From assembly GCF_009914755.1 (NCBI RefSeq), contig NC_060932.1: a stretch of 64,000 nt of DNA, one strand, 5' to 3'. Under the pieces are notes generated by a model, which saw only the letters and a program-made list of their open reading frames with translations, ran no database searches and was not told the origin of the DNA. Positions 26,050 to 38,731 of the stretch are shown here, piece after piece; the stretch's first letter is position 1; the number at the start of each line of letters is the position of its first letter. This stretch comes from the human T2T-CHM13v2.0 reference genome, Homo sapiens. Made by a program: the position numbers and the translations under genes.

Positions 26050-26470
26050 GTGAGCTAACAGTTATTAAAGGCTTACCATGTGCCAGGCACTGCGCTCCAT
26101 GCATTACATGTGATTAGTTAATTTATCATCAGTATTAAAGAGTGGTTAAGAGCATAGACCTGGAGGTGGACAGCATGCGTTCCAGTCATAGCTGTGCTAC
26201 TCATTGGTTTTGGGACCTTGTGAAAATTACTTTATTGTTCTGTAGCTCAAGGATCCCCTCTGTAAATCCATATAGAGTGCTTGAAAAGACTAGCTAAAGA
26301 AAATCACAAACCTCCCAAAAACACACAAGATCAGCACTCTTATTTCCATTTTATAGATAAGAAAAACAAGGCTTAAAGATAAGTTGTTAAAGGTTCCATG
26401 AGAATAAATAGGAGTAGGCTTTCACCTCAGTGTGATTATAGAGCCCACCTGCTGAACCTCTGTGCTATCC
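26050..26470. mobile_element. Antisense MIR interrupted by a sense MIR
   Basis: accatgtgccaggcactgcgct... then agtggttaagagcatagac... then tatttccattttatagataagaaaaac. Confidence 0.6.
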
Positions 26471-27732
26471 CATCTCTCCATGTCTATGGGGGATCATTAA
26501 ACTAGGTTCTTTTCTGCCTGTTTTTTTTTTCTTTTCTTTCTTTTTTTTTTCAGCATCATTTAGCTAGTTAGTGACAGAGCCAGGACCCAAACCCACTTCT
26601 TATTACTGAGTATTTTTACTAATGCACTGTGATATTGCCTTCCATCATCCCAACAGACCTTCTGTTATGGCTTATATTGGATTTTTCCTGTTCTTGCTGC
26701 TGAAGCTATCTTTCACTAGTTATCTTGCTTTTCCTCACTCATCTCTTTAGATTCATCATTGCCTAAACACTTATTTCATTATTTTCTCCTCTCTTTCACA
26801 AAAAATATAAGGTGGCTTATAGAAATATCTACAGGACAATATAAAATAAAATGAAACAGATCAGAGCAAACAAAAAGACAGAAACCTAGTTAAATAATCA
26901 GGATAATTCAACCATTATTGGCACTGAAACCAGAGACATATTTCTCCTATGGCCTTTTGTGGCCAAAGGTAGTAAGTGTCCTTAGAGAACAAGTTCAGGG
27001 GATTGTGTGGTAGCTGGTCACTTCAGAAAAAGCAGATCTACAGTGATGCTGATAGCATGCATCTAGGTATGAAGGTCTTTGAAGCAGCACTGCCCCCTTT
27101 GGAGACACTTCCTTGATAATATGCAAGACAGTCAATATACAACTACGTTTTCCTGCTCAATATGCCAGTGGAGCCTTCTATAAGAAGGCCTGATAAGTAG
27201 ACTGTGTCCTTCAGGCCACATTGCATATAAATTGCTTTTCTCGATGTAACACAGTCACTTCCAACTGGCAGTGATTAGGTGCAGGTCCAGCACTTCATCG
27301 GGTGCCTTCTGGCTCACCGTAGTAAGGACTCTTCTGCATGTCATGCTGAAGGATGCCTAATTTTCTAGTTTTTTGGCGGGAAGATGGGGTGGCAGTGGCA
27401 TTGTGATGCTTCCTCTGAGCACATGTTCTTGCCTACCATGTAGAAAAAAATGCCCTTGAGAAGCTGAGCTGCACGCAGCTCCCGCCTAAGCAGTCAGGGC
27501 CATAGACAGGAGCTGTTTTCTCCCCAGGATGGGGCTCCAAGTTGTCCCCAAGCCACCGCGGTGCCCCCTCAAGCGGGTCATGAAGGAACCAGAGCTGCTT
27601 TCCTTCTCATTGTGGATGCCATCTCAACTCACATTTTTTAAGCCCCTACTCAGTGCCTGGTACTTAATAAGAATATTTACAAAGGAAACCGTTGCTGCTT
27701 TCCCTCTTGTGCTAGTCCATTTTGCATTGCTA

Positions 27733-28196
<464 letters not shown>

Positions 28197-28216
28197 TCAC
28201 ATGGGGAGAGAGAGAG

Positions 28217-28564
28217 TGTATTAGTCCATTTTTACACTGTTATAAAGATATTACCCAAGACTGGGTAGTTTATAAAGGAAAAGGGTTTAATTGGCTCACA
28301 GTTCTGCATGGCTGCAGAGGTCTCGGGGAACTTACAATCATGGTAGAAGGGGAAGCGGGCACATCTTACATGGTGGCAGGTGAGAGAGAGCATGTAAAGC
28401 GAGAATAGTCCCTTATAAAACCATCAGGTCAAATGAGAACTCACTCACTACCATGAGAACAGCATGGGGAAAACTGTCCTGATGGTCTGATCACCTCCCA
28501 ACTGTAAATGGGGATTACAATTCAAGATGAGATTTGGGCAGGGACACAGAGCCAAACCATATAA
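28217..28564 (-). mobile_element. THE1 LTR nested in the MST LTR
   Basis: tgtattagtccatt...gggacacagagccaaaccatataa; TSD gagag/gggag. Confidence 0.9.
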
Positions 28565-29540
28565 GGGAGCAAGAGAGATGCCAGGCTCTTTTAAACAACC
28601 AGCTCCTTTGTGAACTCATTACAAAGGGAAGGGCGCCAAGCCATTCACAAAATATCTGCCTCCATGACCCAAACACCTCCCACTAGGCCCCACCTCCAAC
28701 ACTGGGGCTTACGTTTCAGCATGAGATTTGAAGAGACAAATATCCAAACCATATCACTTAGTCATGCTGAGAAGGCAAAAAGGATGCCAAACAACCAGTG
28801 AGTCTTTATTGAACCCTGATTTAGAAAGAGGGGAACGCGGGGCAAAAGGGCCAGATGCAGCCCCTGCCTTGAAGAAACTGACAAACTGGAGACCCAAGCC
28901 ACACCCAGGAAGCACGTGGTCTAGCACAGCCTCAGTCCTCATCCAAGCAGTGTCCACGGGCAGCCTGGGCTCCACGTGCTGCTGACATGGAAAGACAGCA
29001 CTTGGGAAGCAATAGCCCAGGAAGAGGTGATGGATCCCCAGCTCTGTATGATGGGCTGGGGGTGGGAACATTCAGTCAGGACCACACAAGGACACCGGGG
29101 AGGCAGGAAAGGTGACGATGGGTAAAGCGTTCCAAATTCCCTGGCAGGAAAAGGAGATTAGGGAGCCAGTAGCACCCTGAAAGCCATTAGACCCCTGGAA
29201 AAGCCCCCTAGAGTCCTGAGTTCTAGCCCATATCTGTCCCAGGGCTGGATATTTGGTAATAAGGAATCCACGCCACGAGACCTGTAGGAGAAGTTGTCTG
29301 AGGTCCGCAGAATTGGTGGAGAGGGGAGAAAGCCTGTGGTACTTGCCTGCGTTCACAACAGGGGTGGTAGCACGCCAACAGGGCGAAAGCTGGTTCTTGG
29401 GGGATTTTTAAAAACCTTAGCTATTGCAATGATTTGTGAGCCTTGAAAGGACCATGGAACATAGCAGGTACATGGGATAGATGTGTTAGTAAGATTTCAT
29501 GTGGGGTGCGATCAGGGAATTGTCTAAATAGTCATCTGCA

Positions 29541-29832
29541 GAGCCAGCCACAGTGGCTCCCGCCTATAATCCCAGTGCTTTGGGAGGGCAAGGCAGAAGG
29601 ATCGCTTGAAGTCAGGAGTTTGAGACAAGCCTGGGCAACGTGGTGAGACCTCATCTCTACAATTTAAAAAAAAAAAAATTAAGTGGTGCACGCATGTGGT
29701 CTCAGCTACTTGTGGGGGTAACGCAGGAGGATTGCTTGAGCCCAGGAGTTAGAGGCTGCACGGAGCTATGATTGCAACACTGCACTGCAGCCTGGCACAG
29801 AGTGAGACCCTGTCTCTAAGAAGAAAAAAAAA
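29541..29832 (+). mobile_element. AluJ
   Basis: Diverged dimeric Alu. Confidence 0.9.
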
Positions 29833-30647
29833 ATTCAACTGTAGCAGTTAGGAGGAGGACAGCCAACAACGAAAAGACAAACACAGGTTTCTAGGAAACT
29901 TCTCCACCGAGAAGGCGGAGATTCACCTGCCAAGTAATCCTGCTGTCATCTCCCCATCTTCTTAAGGTTCACATTCCTTCCTCTCGATACCTACCCTTGC
30001 CTATCCTGTTGCAGGTGTCCTCGTACTAAAATGTATCAGTCTGCAAGTCGGCCTTGCCTCCTGGATTGTGAGTTGGCTGAGGACCGAGGCCACAGGATAC
30101 ACCTTTGCTCTCCTGCCTCCTGGCACCCATCACACGGAGCAGACCCCCAGTAAACATGAGCAAAATGGAGCTGAATTGTTCTGCAACTGCGTGTCTTGCT
30201 TTGAAGACCCCTGTGTAAGTCGGTGGCAGTGAGGTATTTGGAAGATTTCCAGTTTCTGCCAGGCCCACCTCAAGGCTACTGAGACATTTTGGCAAAGGCA
30301 CGTCCTCTGCCGCCCACAGGAGAGTAATGTTAATAGTTTGCACTTGGCATATTTCTTTTCACTTTTTCAAATTACTTTCACAGCTGCCGTCATTTGACCC
30401 TTGCAAAAACCCTATGAGGCAAGTAGAGGAAGTCATTAACGGCCACTCTTTTTGCAGGTTTCCTCATTCCGTCAACAGGTAGCCTTGAGAGAGCACCTGT
30501 GGCCTCGGCATTGAGCTGTTCCAACGCTGGAACGCAGAGGGGAACAGGATGTGAAAGGCCCTTCCCTCACCTTGAGTACAATCTCCGGAGACAAAACACA
30601 CAAACAGCAAGATAGTTATGATCCTGATAAATGTTAGGGGGAAAAAA

Positions 30648-30820
30648 GGCAGGGTAGTCGTGGCTCATGCCTGTAATCCTAGCACTTTGGGAGGCTGAGC
30701 GCTATTTCCTAGCACTCCTTGAGCCTGGGAGTTCGAGGCTACAATGAGCTATGATTGCACCACTAAACTCCAGCATGGATGACAGAGTGAGACCGCGTCT
30801 CAAAAAGAAAAGAAAAAAAG
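30648..30820 (+). mobile_element. Monomeric or internally deleted Alu (FAM/FRAM-like)
   Basis: Left-arm start joined to right-arm end, A-tail; lies within an L2-like region. Confidence 0.8.
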
Positions 30821-30950
30821 TGCAGAATAATGAGAGAGCAGTATCATAGACTGTGTGGTCCAGAAACCTCTCCAAAGGCATGAAGTGGATGTGCAGAATG
30901 AACATGCATGGGTCATGTGAAGAGCTACAGAAAGCAACCAGGGTACCCAA

Positions 30951-31250
30951 GGCCAGGCTCACACCTCCAGTCCCAGCACTTTGGGAGCCGAGGCAGGAGG
31001 ATCTCTTGAGGCCAGGAGTTCGAGACCAGCCTGGGCAAAAAAAATGAGACCCCATCTCTACAAAATTAAAAAAATATATATATCAGCCAGGCCTATTGCT
31101 GCGTGTCTGTAGTCCTAGCTTCGCAAGAAGCTGAGGCAGGAAGATCATTTGAGCCCAGAAGTTTGAGGCCGCAGTGAGTGGGTTATGATCATGCTGCTGC
31201 ACTGCAGCCTGAGCGACACAGCCAGACCCTGTTTCTAAAATAAATAAAAG
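30951..31250 (+). mobile_element. AluJ
   Basis: Diverged dimeric Alu. Confidence 0.9.
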
Positions 31251-31354
31251 AGAAACCAAGACCCAAGGGGTCTAAATGACTCACCTGGTATCCCACTCCA
31301 AGTCTCTCATTTTCTAAGTAGAGACCTGGATTACAAGGGGGGGTATGGGAAATG

Positions 31355-31612
31355 TACACACATGCACACACATACACACAGAGACATACACAGACACATA
31401 CACACAGAGACACACACAGATACACACACAGACACACACATGCACACACACACATACACAGACACACATGCACACAGACACAGAGATACACACAGATACA
31501 CAGACACACACAGAGACACACACAGACACTCACATGGACACACACACAGACACACACGCATAGAGACACACACACAGAGACACAGAGACACACACAGACA
31601 CACACACACACC
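31355..31612 (+). repeat. CA/CAGA-rich degenerate microsatellite
   Basis: Seen directly. Confidence 0.95.
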
Positions 31613-32349
31613 TCCCACATCTGTCAACTCTAAAGGAAGCACCAGACAGAGAGGCAGGCAGAACTCATCATAGCCAAGGCACCTTAAGGACAACTGGAGA
31701 AGGCTGGGCCAACCCCGGTACCTGCTCTCCGGCAGCCCTGCCAGGTGCCTGGGACACAGCCAGGAAACCGCCTCTCTGAGGAGCACCAGGCCTCTTCCCA
31801 GGCTGACGTGACCAACTCGTCTGCCCCTGTGAGCAATGTTTATTATTCAACAGGGCATGATGAGACGGTTCTGAGATTTCAGAGTCGGCTGGCGGTTTCA
31901 TTACAAGCAATCAGGGAAGCTTTGGACAATTAGTGGGAAGGTTTTGACAGAGAGAACGTGCACTAGCCTGGTAGCTCTCACCAGCGCCCAAGTCAAAGCG
32001 CTTTTCTTTCCTTTTTTTTTTCCTGCCACAGAAATCTGCATATTCATTCTTCTAAACATCCGGGTCGCTGGTGACTTGGTGGTCAGCCGTTCTCTCCTTC
32101 CACTCAACAGATGGTTAATTGATGCTCTAAGTCTCTCTGCCTTAGACATTCTCCTTGATCCTCTACTGGAACACTTCTCCCAACAGCCCACTTGCTGCCC
32201 CCCACGCCACACAGGCCATCACTGCATAGCCAGCCATCACCCACACTGTGAACTTGACAGTGGCTATGAAAGAAATGTAAGAGGTGGTCCTGGGGAGTCT
32301 CTGCATCTCCTAGCCCATACAGTGAGTAAGGGGCTGAATTTTTGGTTTA

Positions 32350-32560
32350 TGGCAGACCTACTACATGCATTAGAGCATTCTGGGGACTTAAACACATTCT
32401 ATATTCCCCACTACAGACCTATAAGCAAACTATGATATTATAAATCCCCATTTTACAAGTAAAGACACGGAGACTGACAGTGTCTGCATCTAGGAAGTTC
32501 CTGCAACCACAAAGTTGCAGAGCTAAGATTCCAAACCCTCATCCATCTGACACAATATCT
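32350..32560 (-). mobile_element. MIR
   Basis: atccccattttacaagtaaagacacggagact...gcagagctaagattccaaaccc. Confidence 0.6.
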
Positions 32561-35335
32561 GGCATCTCCGTGTGACAGGGTGGTGCCTCTGCTCTTCTCA
32601 GCCTCCAGGCCTCAGGATGGCAGCCATGGAAATAAATGCTTCCAGAAGGAATGAATCTTGGCCACTCGAGCAAATGCACAAGGGCAAGGCGAAGGTCTCC
32701 TAGAGGTGCAGCAGGGGTCTAGGACCTGGAGGCAGGCAGGAGTGTCTCATCTTGCACAGGAAAGGCTATTTATGTCCAGGGCTTCTGTGCTGGATAGCTG
32801 GTGACCATGGCTGAGGCTAAAGCTGTATGCAAGCCGCTGCCAGCCATGATTCACTAAGGAAGCACTCCCTTCTTGATTCCAGAGCAGGGACCCTGAGCCC
32901 AAGGCATCACAGCTGGTGGAATGACTCACCCCAGAAAACCACCTGGTTTGAGGGCCCCTCCTGATTATGCTGAGAAAGGCCCTATTCACTCCGGGAAGGA
33001 GACTCGGTGCCCTCCACGACCTTTGCTTCACCAGGATGTGTTTTCCCATAGGTAAGAAAGTTGGTTTCGAGAACCGTCTGATTTTTCCATATGCCGTTGT
33101 GTGTACAGAAGAAGACACAATGGATTTTAAATCATGAAACCAGGCTCCCAGTTCCAGCCTTGCACCTAACTGACAGCAACACCTTAGGCAAGTCACTTCT
33201 CTCTGGCTCTCATTTCTCCAAGTGGCAGATGGGGGAAGTGGGGCGAAGAGAGTTGCAAGCTTCCAGCTCTGGAATTCTATCACTGCAAGCTGCTCCCGAA
33301 CAGTGTTTCCCTCCAATACAAACACTGCCGTAGGTTATCAGAGGGCTGGGAGGTGACAGAGAGAGAAACATGGGAGACAGAGAAACAAGGGCACAGCCGG
33401 ATGGACAGAGACAGATCGAAATAGGGGAGGCTACCTCGCCAGGGAAAGGGAGAACAGCCTGGTGGCGTGGAGAGAAAATTGGAGCCCCTGATGTAAGCAG
33501 ACTCTTGCCAGAATTGCTGGAAACAAATAGTGACAGATTGCTAACACGTTACAGTGAAAATTACCAACACGATGGGACTTTTGCACCATAACTGGCACCT
33601 CTTGTTATCCCATTAACAAAGCTGATGAGACCAAATTGCTAATAGGAGAAAACGTTCATGTTGGATTATATCACTCTTGTCCTGCATAAATAACACGACC
33701 AAAGCACAGACCAGAGGCACACAGAAACCTCCCAAGAGCCAATTTATTTTAGGCACAATTGGGGAAAGCCCTGGTATGCCCCAGCCTCTTCCATGACATC
33801 CAGAAACAACCGCACCCACCACCGGCACCATGCAAGGTGTCTGTTCACATTGCTGAGCTGGGCGAGATCGTCTGTCAGTCATTACATAAAACAGGAGCCA
33901 GTGACCTTTGCGAAGTACACAAGGTACGCTGGCAGGGCCAGTGGCAGGAAGGGAGGGACAAGTGGACAGTGGTGTGTCTGAATTGTAGAGTGTTAGATTC
34001 CAGGTCATTCCCATCTGCTCCTAGAACAAACAAACACATCAGAACTCACCACTATTTACATTTTTACCACCCCCATCTGGCCACTTCCCACTATAGCCAG
34101 GCCAGAGAGAGCCCCGACTCACAATTCCATCAGCCGCAGAGTTCAAGCTGTCATCTAAGCCCAGGGAGGTGTAAGGAACAGGCCACATCTGGTTCTTGGA
34201 AGTATATGCCCAGGCATTTAAAGCGGATCTTTCCTCTTTGGGCCATGGGTGGATTTCCTGCTCAAGCAACCTTCATCTAGAGAGGGCAAGATGAGGAATG
34301 TATTTGATGCTCACTTCTCTCTCAGAAAAACCCTCCAGTTGCCCAAACCTCTCAATGTTTTACAGCAGTTTTTTTCTTCCCCCTAGGATAATCACTGACT
34401 ACCCCAAGCCCCCTGCCACCACCCCCAGAGAATGCGACTGGCTGTGGGCTGTATGCCCCGGTAGTCATTCAGAGATGTAATTGGCCAAAGATTATTCTGA
34501 GTAATTGAATGGCAAGGGCTTTTACATACCAAACAGGGACTTGTCTTTGTCAAAAAAAGTCTTTACAAAGTACCCAAGTACTGGGTGTCAGACAGGACAA
34601 GTTTTTTAATCATGTTAAAATGATTTATTTAAACGTCAAGGCATGTCACCTCACTTCCTTTCATTTTTCAAACTGTTTGTGTTTTTTCTGGATGATAAAT
34701 TTATCTTCAGACAGCCTCAATATGACTAATTAACTTTGAAATATAAGAACCAGATGTGTGAGTTGGAGAGTTTTCTGAACTCATGCCAGACGGGCTGATG
34801 GGTTTTTTCTTCTCCTCCTTCTTCCCTGCCTTTCACCCCCACGCGCCCCCGCCCCGCCACTCCCCCGACTCCGCATTCCCTCTCCCTGCTGGCCGCCCTG
34901 AAATTACCAAGCAGAGACACATTCAGGAAATAGAATCCCAGGACCCCAGCTAGCCATGAGCACCCACCGTTTCTGCTCTGGTTTTAGCCTTTCAGGGCCC
35001 CGTTCTCTCCCTTGGAAAGTAACCCCAGAGTGTAGGCAGCGCTGTCTTAAGAAGAGGGACAGGGAAAAGATCCCTTGCCCTTCCCCCACATAAAAGTCAG
35101 TCACGCCAAACCATGGCACACAGCAACTTCTCTTCGAGAAAGTCCTCCCCTGGTACGTGCTCCCCAGATCCGCCAGCTCCCTGCTGCCTTTCAATGAGCT
35201 CCACGCACAATGCCCAACTTGTGGGGACAGGAGAGGCAGGACTGAACCCATGGCTGAACGGTGCAGCTCCTAGGTGGAGCGCTTTTCAGCAGAGGCCAGT
35301 TTGGGGGCTAGAAGCTGCAGATGTGCGCCTGCATC

Positions 35336-35950
35336 TGCACACATGTGCATACATGTGTGTGCCTGTGTCTGTGTGTGTCTGTGTACTTCTGTGTGTATAT
35401 ACGTGTCTATATGTGCATGTGTGTCTGTATCTGTGTGTTTGTGTGTCTTTGTGCCTGTGTGTGTGCATCTGTGTATCTGGGTATATGTGTGCCTGTGTCT
35501 GTGTCTGTGTGTGCATCTGTGTGTATGTGTCTGTGTGTGCACAATCTCTGTGTGTCTGTGCGTGCATACGTGTATGTCTGTGTGTGTTTATGTCTGTGTG
35601 CGTGTGTGTGTCTGCGTGTTTGTGTGTGTGCATGTGTGCGTGTCTGTGTGTGTTTATGTCTGTATGTGTCTGTCTATGCGTGTGTCTGTGTGTTCATGTT
35701 TGTGTGTCTGTGTGTGCATGGGTGTCTGTGTGTTTATGTCTGTGTGTCTATGTGTGTGTGTGTGTTCGTGTCTGTGTCTGTGTGTGCATGTGTGTGTCTT
35801 TGTGTGTGTTTGTCTGTTTGTGTATATGTTTGTTTCAGTTGTGTGTGTTGATGTCTATGTGCATAGGTGTGTGTGTGTGTCTTTGTATGTGTCTGTGTGT
35901 GTCTGTGTGTGTGTGTGTGTCTTTGTGTGTGTCTTTGTATGTGTCTGTGT

Positions 35951-35985
<35 letters not shown>
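35336..35985 (+). repeat. ~650-bp TG/TCTG-rich degenerate microsatellite
   Basis: Seen directly; source of the C/V-rich spurious ORFs. Confidence 0.95.
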
Positions 35986-35988
<3 letters not shown>

Positions 35989-36208
35989 TTCGTTCTCAGG
36001 GACAGGATGGCAGCTGAAAATAATCCAGCGATGGCAAAAACGAGGATTCATTTTTCCAGGACTCACAGAGCAAAGCAAAAGGGACCGAGTGAAAGGCCTG
36101 AGCTCAGCGCCTCAGTTTCCCCCCAGGCTACTACAGCCTGTCCCACCGGATCTCTCTGCCAGAAGTAGGCTGGGATCATGTGAGATCACCAGTCTGGAAG
36201 TTCTTGGA

Positions 36209-36241
36209 GCCCTTTGAAAGCCCTTTGAAAGCCTTTGAAAG
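36209..36241 (+). promoter_or_regulatory. Three tandem TCF/LEF-type sites (CCTTTGAA)
   Basis: gccctttgaaagccctttgaaagcctttgaaag; CTTTGAA at 36212, 36223, 36233. Confidence 0.5.
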
Positions 36242-37949
36242 GCATGATCTCCATCCTGAGGGTTATTAGGATAATTGCTGCCGTGATTAGACCGTCGTGA
36301 CCATTCTCCTTAGCATGCCTCTTAATGGCTGGGATGCCCCACCTGGGATCATCTCACTCACTTTCAAAGTCAGTAGACTTGCTCCCCACTCCAGGCCTCA
36401 AACAGGAGCATAAACAGCAGACTCAACTCCTCTCCTCTTGGGAAGAATGCCAACAGAGGCGCCCTCCTCGGCTCAGGGAGAAGAAAATCCCCCGCTTCAT
36501 GCCTAAGACTCCAGGCTGCTGGTGGAAAATGACTCAGCCACCCACGAACCCCAAGCACTTGTGTTCTTGGGGGACAGGAGAAGGGGTCTGTGTGGAAGTC
36601 CCTTCCCTTCACTGCACAGCCCTCAGGGTCTTTCCACCACCCCTGCCCTCTGCAGTCCCTCCTGCCTCTATGGAGAGCCTGGCTCCCGGCTCTGTGGACA
36701 GGGGGAAGAGGTGACGGCAGGCAGGGCTCTTGGAACAGCAGGAGGTGGGCCAAGTTCCCTGGGGCCTCCTGCCCCACCTGCCTGGTAGCAGCCCTGCTTC
36801 CTTCCCACAAAATACTTCTCTTGCTTTCAGCAGGGTGTCACCTAATCCCCAGGAAGGAAGGAGTGCCACCCTTCCAAGAGGTATTTGCATTTGAGCAGGA
36901 GTTTCTGGAAACCTAGGAGGAAAAGGGACTGGAATAAAGGAGGAAGGGGGCAGAGATGGAGACAGCGAGCTCCACACTTCTCAAATCAAATCCTGCCTCA
37001 TCCTGATTCCTGCCTCATCCTGATACTGAGACCCCACATCGCACAGGCAAACAGATGGACCAGCATGGGTGGCCATGGGCACTGAGGTCAGCAGTGGCTC
37101 CCAATGCCGTCCTGAGAAAGAGGCAGGGAGGACTGAACTACAGGGGAGGGGCCCTGAGCATTCACATCGGGGCACGCCACCGTCGTCCAGTGTCTGCGTC
37201 CTCCACACTGGACACAAACAGTGTAATGCCCCCAGAACCTCTTGGGGAGTGGGAGAGTGAGGTTGTAGGAATATTGAGCCCCACAGCTTTACTTGGCGTC
37301 TTCCAGCATCCCCGGGTAGCCACACAGATAGATGAGCAGACACCACCGCAATAAGCTAGTGTAAGCTTCCCCAGCCATCACTGTATCTCCAGTTCTGCAG
37401 TACAGTCCCCGCCTCCCAAGAGGGCATCTTCTCAGTACTAAATACCCATGCCACCAGGACACTTGCAGTCTGCCACCTGCAGAAAGTTATATGCGGGGCC
37501 CTGGTTGGGGGTCTTTCTCCTGCACTCCCCACTCCAGGGGAGAAATTCAGATAATTTTCTGACCATTAGTAACATTTCCTGCGATGTCAAACTAAGATAA
37601 TTATGGAGCTTACCAAATCGTAGGCTCCTTAACTCACGGATGGCTGGGGAATGGGGAAGCCTGGAAAATTCGGGAAGCCCACAGGCCGGGAAATCGAGCC
37701 ACGGGTGTGCTGGGACTGTCTTAGGACCGTGGCCTCCTAAGGCCTGCACCTGAGAGCATTTCTCCCTCCCTCCCCACCTCCCGGCTGCTTTTTCTCTCCA
37801 AGGGAACAAGGAGTTTGCATCTGTGGGCTGAAAGGTGACCCCTCATTCTGGCCGAGGGAGCCCAGGAGCACCCATCCACCCCCACAGACCCACCCAGTGT
37901 TTTTTGAAACTGAGAGATCTGGATTTGCTCTCCCTGCCTGTACAACCAA

Positions 37950-38460
37950 GCGAGCCCCCCTTGCCTTCTGCCACTAAATGAGCATAACAAGGAGAGAAAC
38001 TAGACGCTGCAATCGACAGAAGCCATCGTTTGGGAGCTGTCAGACTTGATGTCTCAGAGACCCGGGATCCAAAGGCCCGTCCCCCTATACAGCTTGAGAT
38101 ATTTAATAAAGTAAAGCCTCGAGGATCAAGGGGCTGCAATCCTTCCCACTCCTTCCCGCAGCTCGTGCTGGAGTTCTTTAAAGCCTGCCTTGCGTCTGCC
38201 TTTCTCTCCAGAAAGCCTTTCATGCCGCCTCGCCAGACTGACACTTTGACAAGTTGCCACGAGTGACATCTGATTTGTACAAATTTCAAGACTAATAAAT
38301 CTACCTGTCAAAGCGGAAACTTTAAAAGGAGCTAAGCCCAGCGGGTATAGTTTAACAGAACTCAAGTTGATGAAACTGTAGGATGAAGAAATTATATCTG
38401 TCACAATCCACCCACATTAGTTCTGCAGAAATGTTGGCAACTGAAACAAACGTCTTTCAC
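37950..38460. promoter_or_regulatory. Candidate enhancer with clustered TGACA(G) and TAATAAA motifs
   Basis: CTGTCA at 38037, 38305, 38398; TGACA at ~38239, 38247, 38264; TAATAAA at ~38105, 38293; CpGs retained; no TE signature. Confidence 0.4.
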
Positions 38461-38602
38461 GGGCGTTACCGAAAAAAAAAATTAAAAATTAAAAAAAAAA
38501 TTTTAATCAAAAAAGGAGATTGTTAATACCCCGAGTAACAAGTAACAGTTCTATTTTGTAAACTAACACATTTTATTTATTTAATTTTTAATTTTGTTGC
38601 AG

Positions 38603-38731
38603 ATGTTAGACGTGTTTCTCCTCCTACCTCTTAAGCTGTGTTGCTGGAATCTGGACTTTCCATTCAAGCTGGGGCCCATCAATCACTCGGCGGCTCCTGC
38701 TTGGAGAAGCAGAGGCAGTGCAGGCTGCAGG
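38603..38731 (+). other. Candidate 129-nt exon (probably non-coding transcript)
   Basis: Branch-like aactaac (~38561), T-rich tract, ttgcag acceptor at 38602; donor cagg|gtgagg. Confidence 0.3.

Noticed and set aside
35113-36168. 351-aa ORF and overlapping C/V- or H/T-rich ORFs (also at 31189-31786)
   Set aside because: Translations of TG/CA microsatellites that lack stop codons
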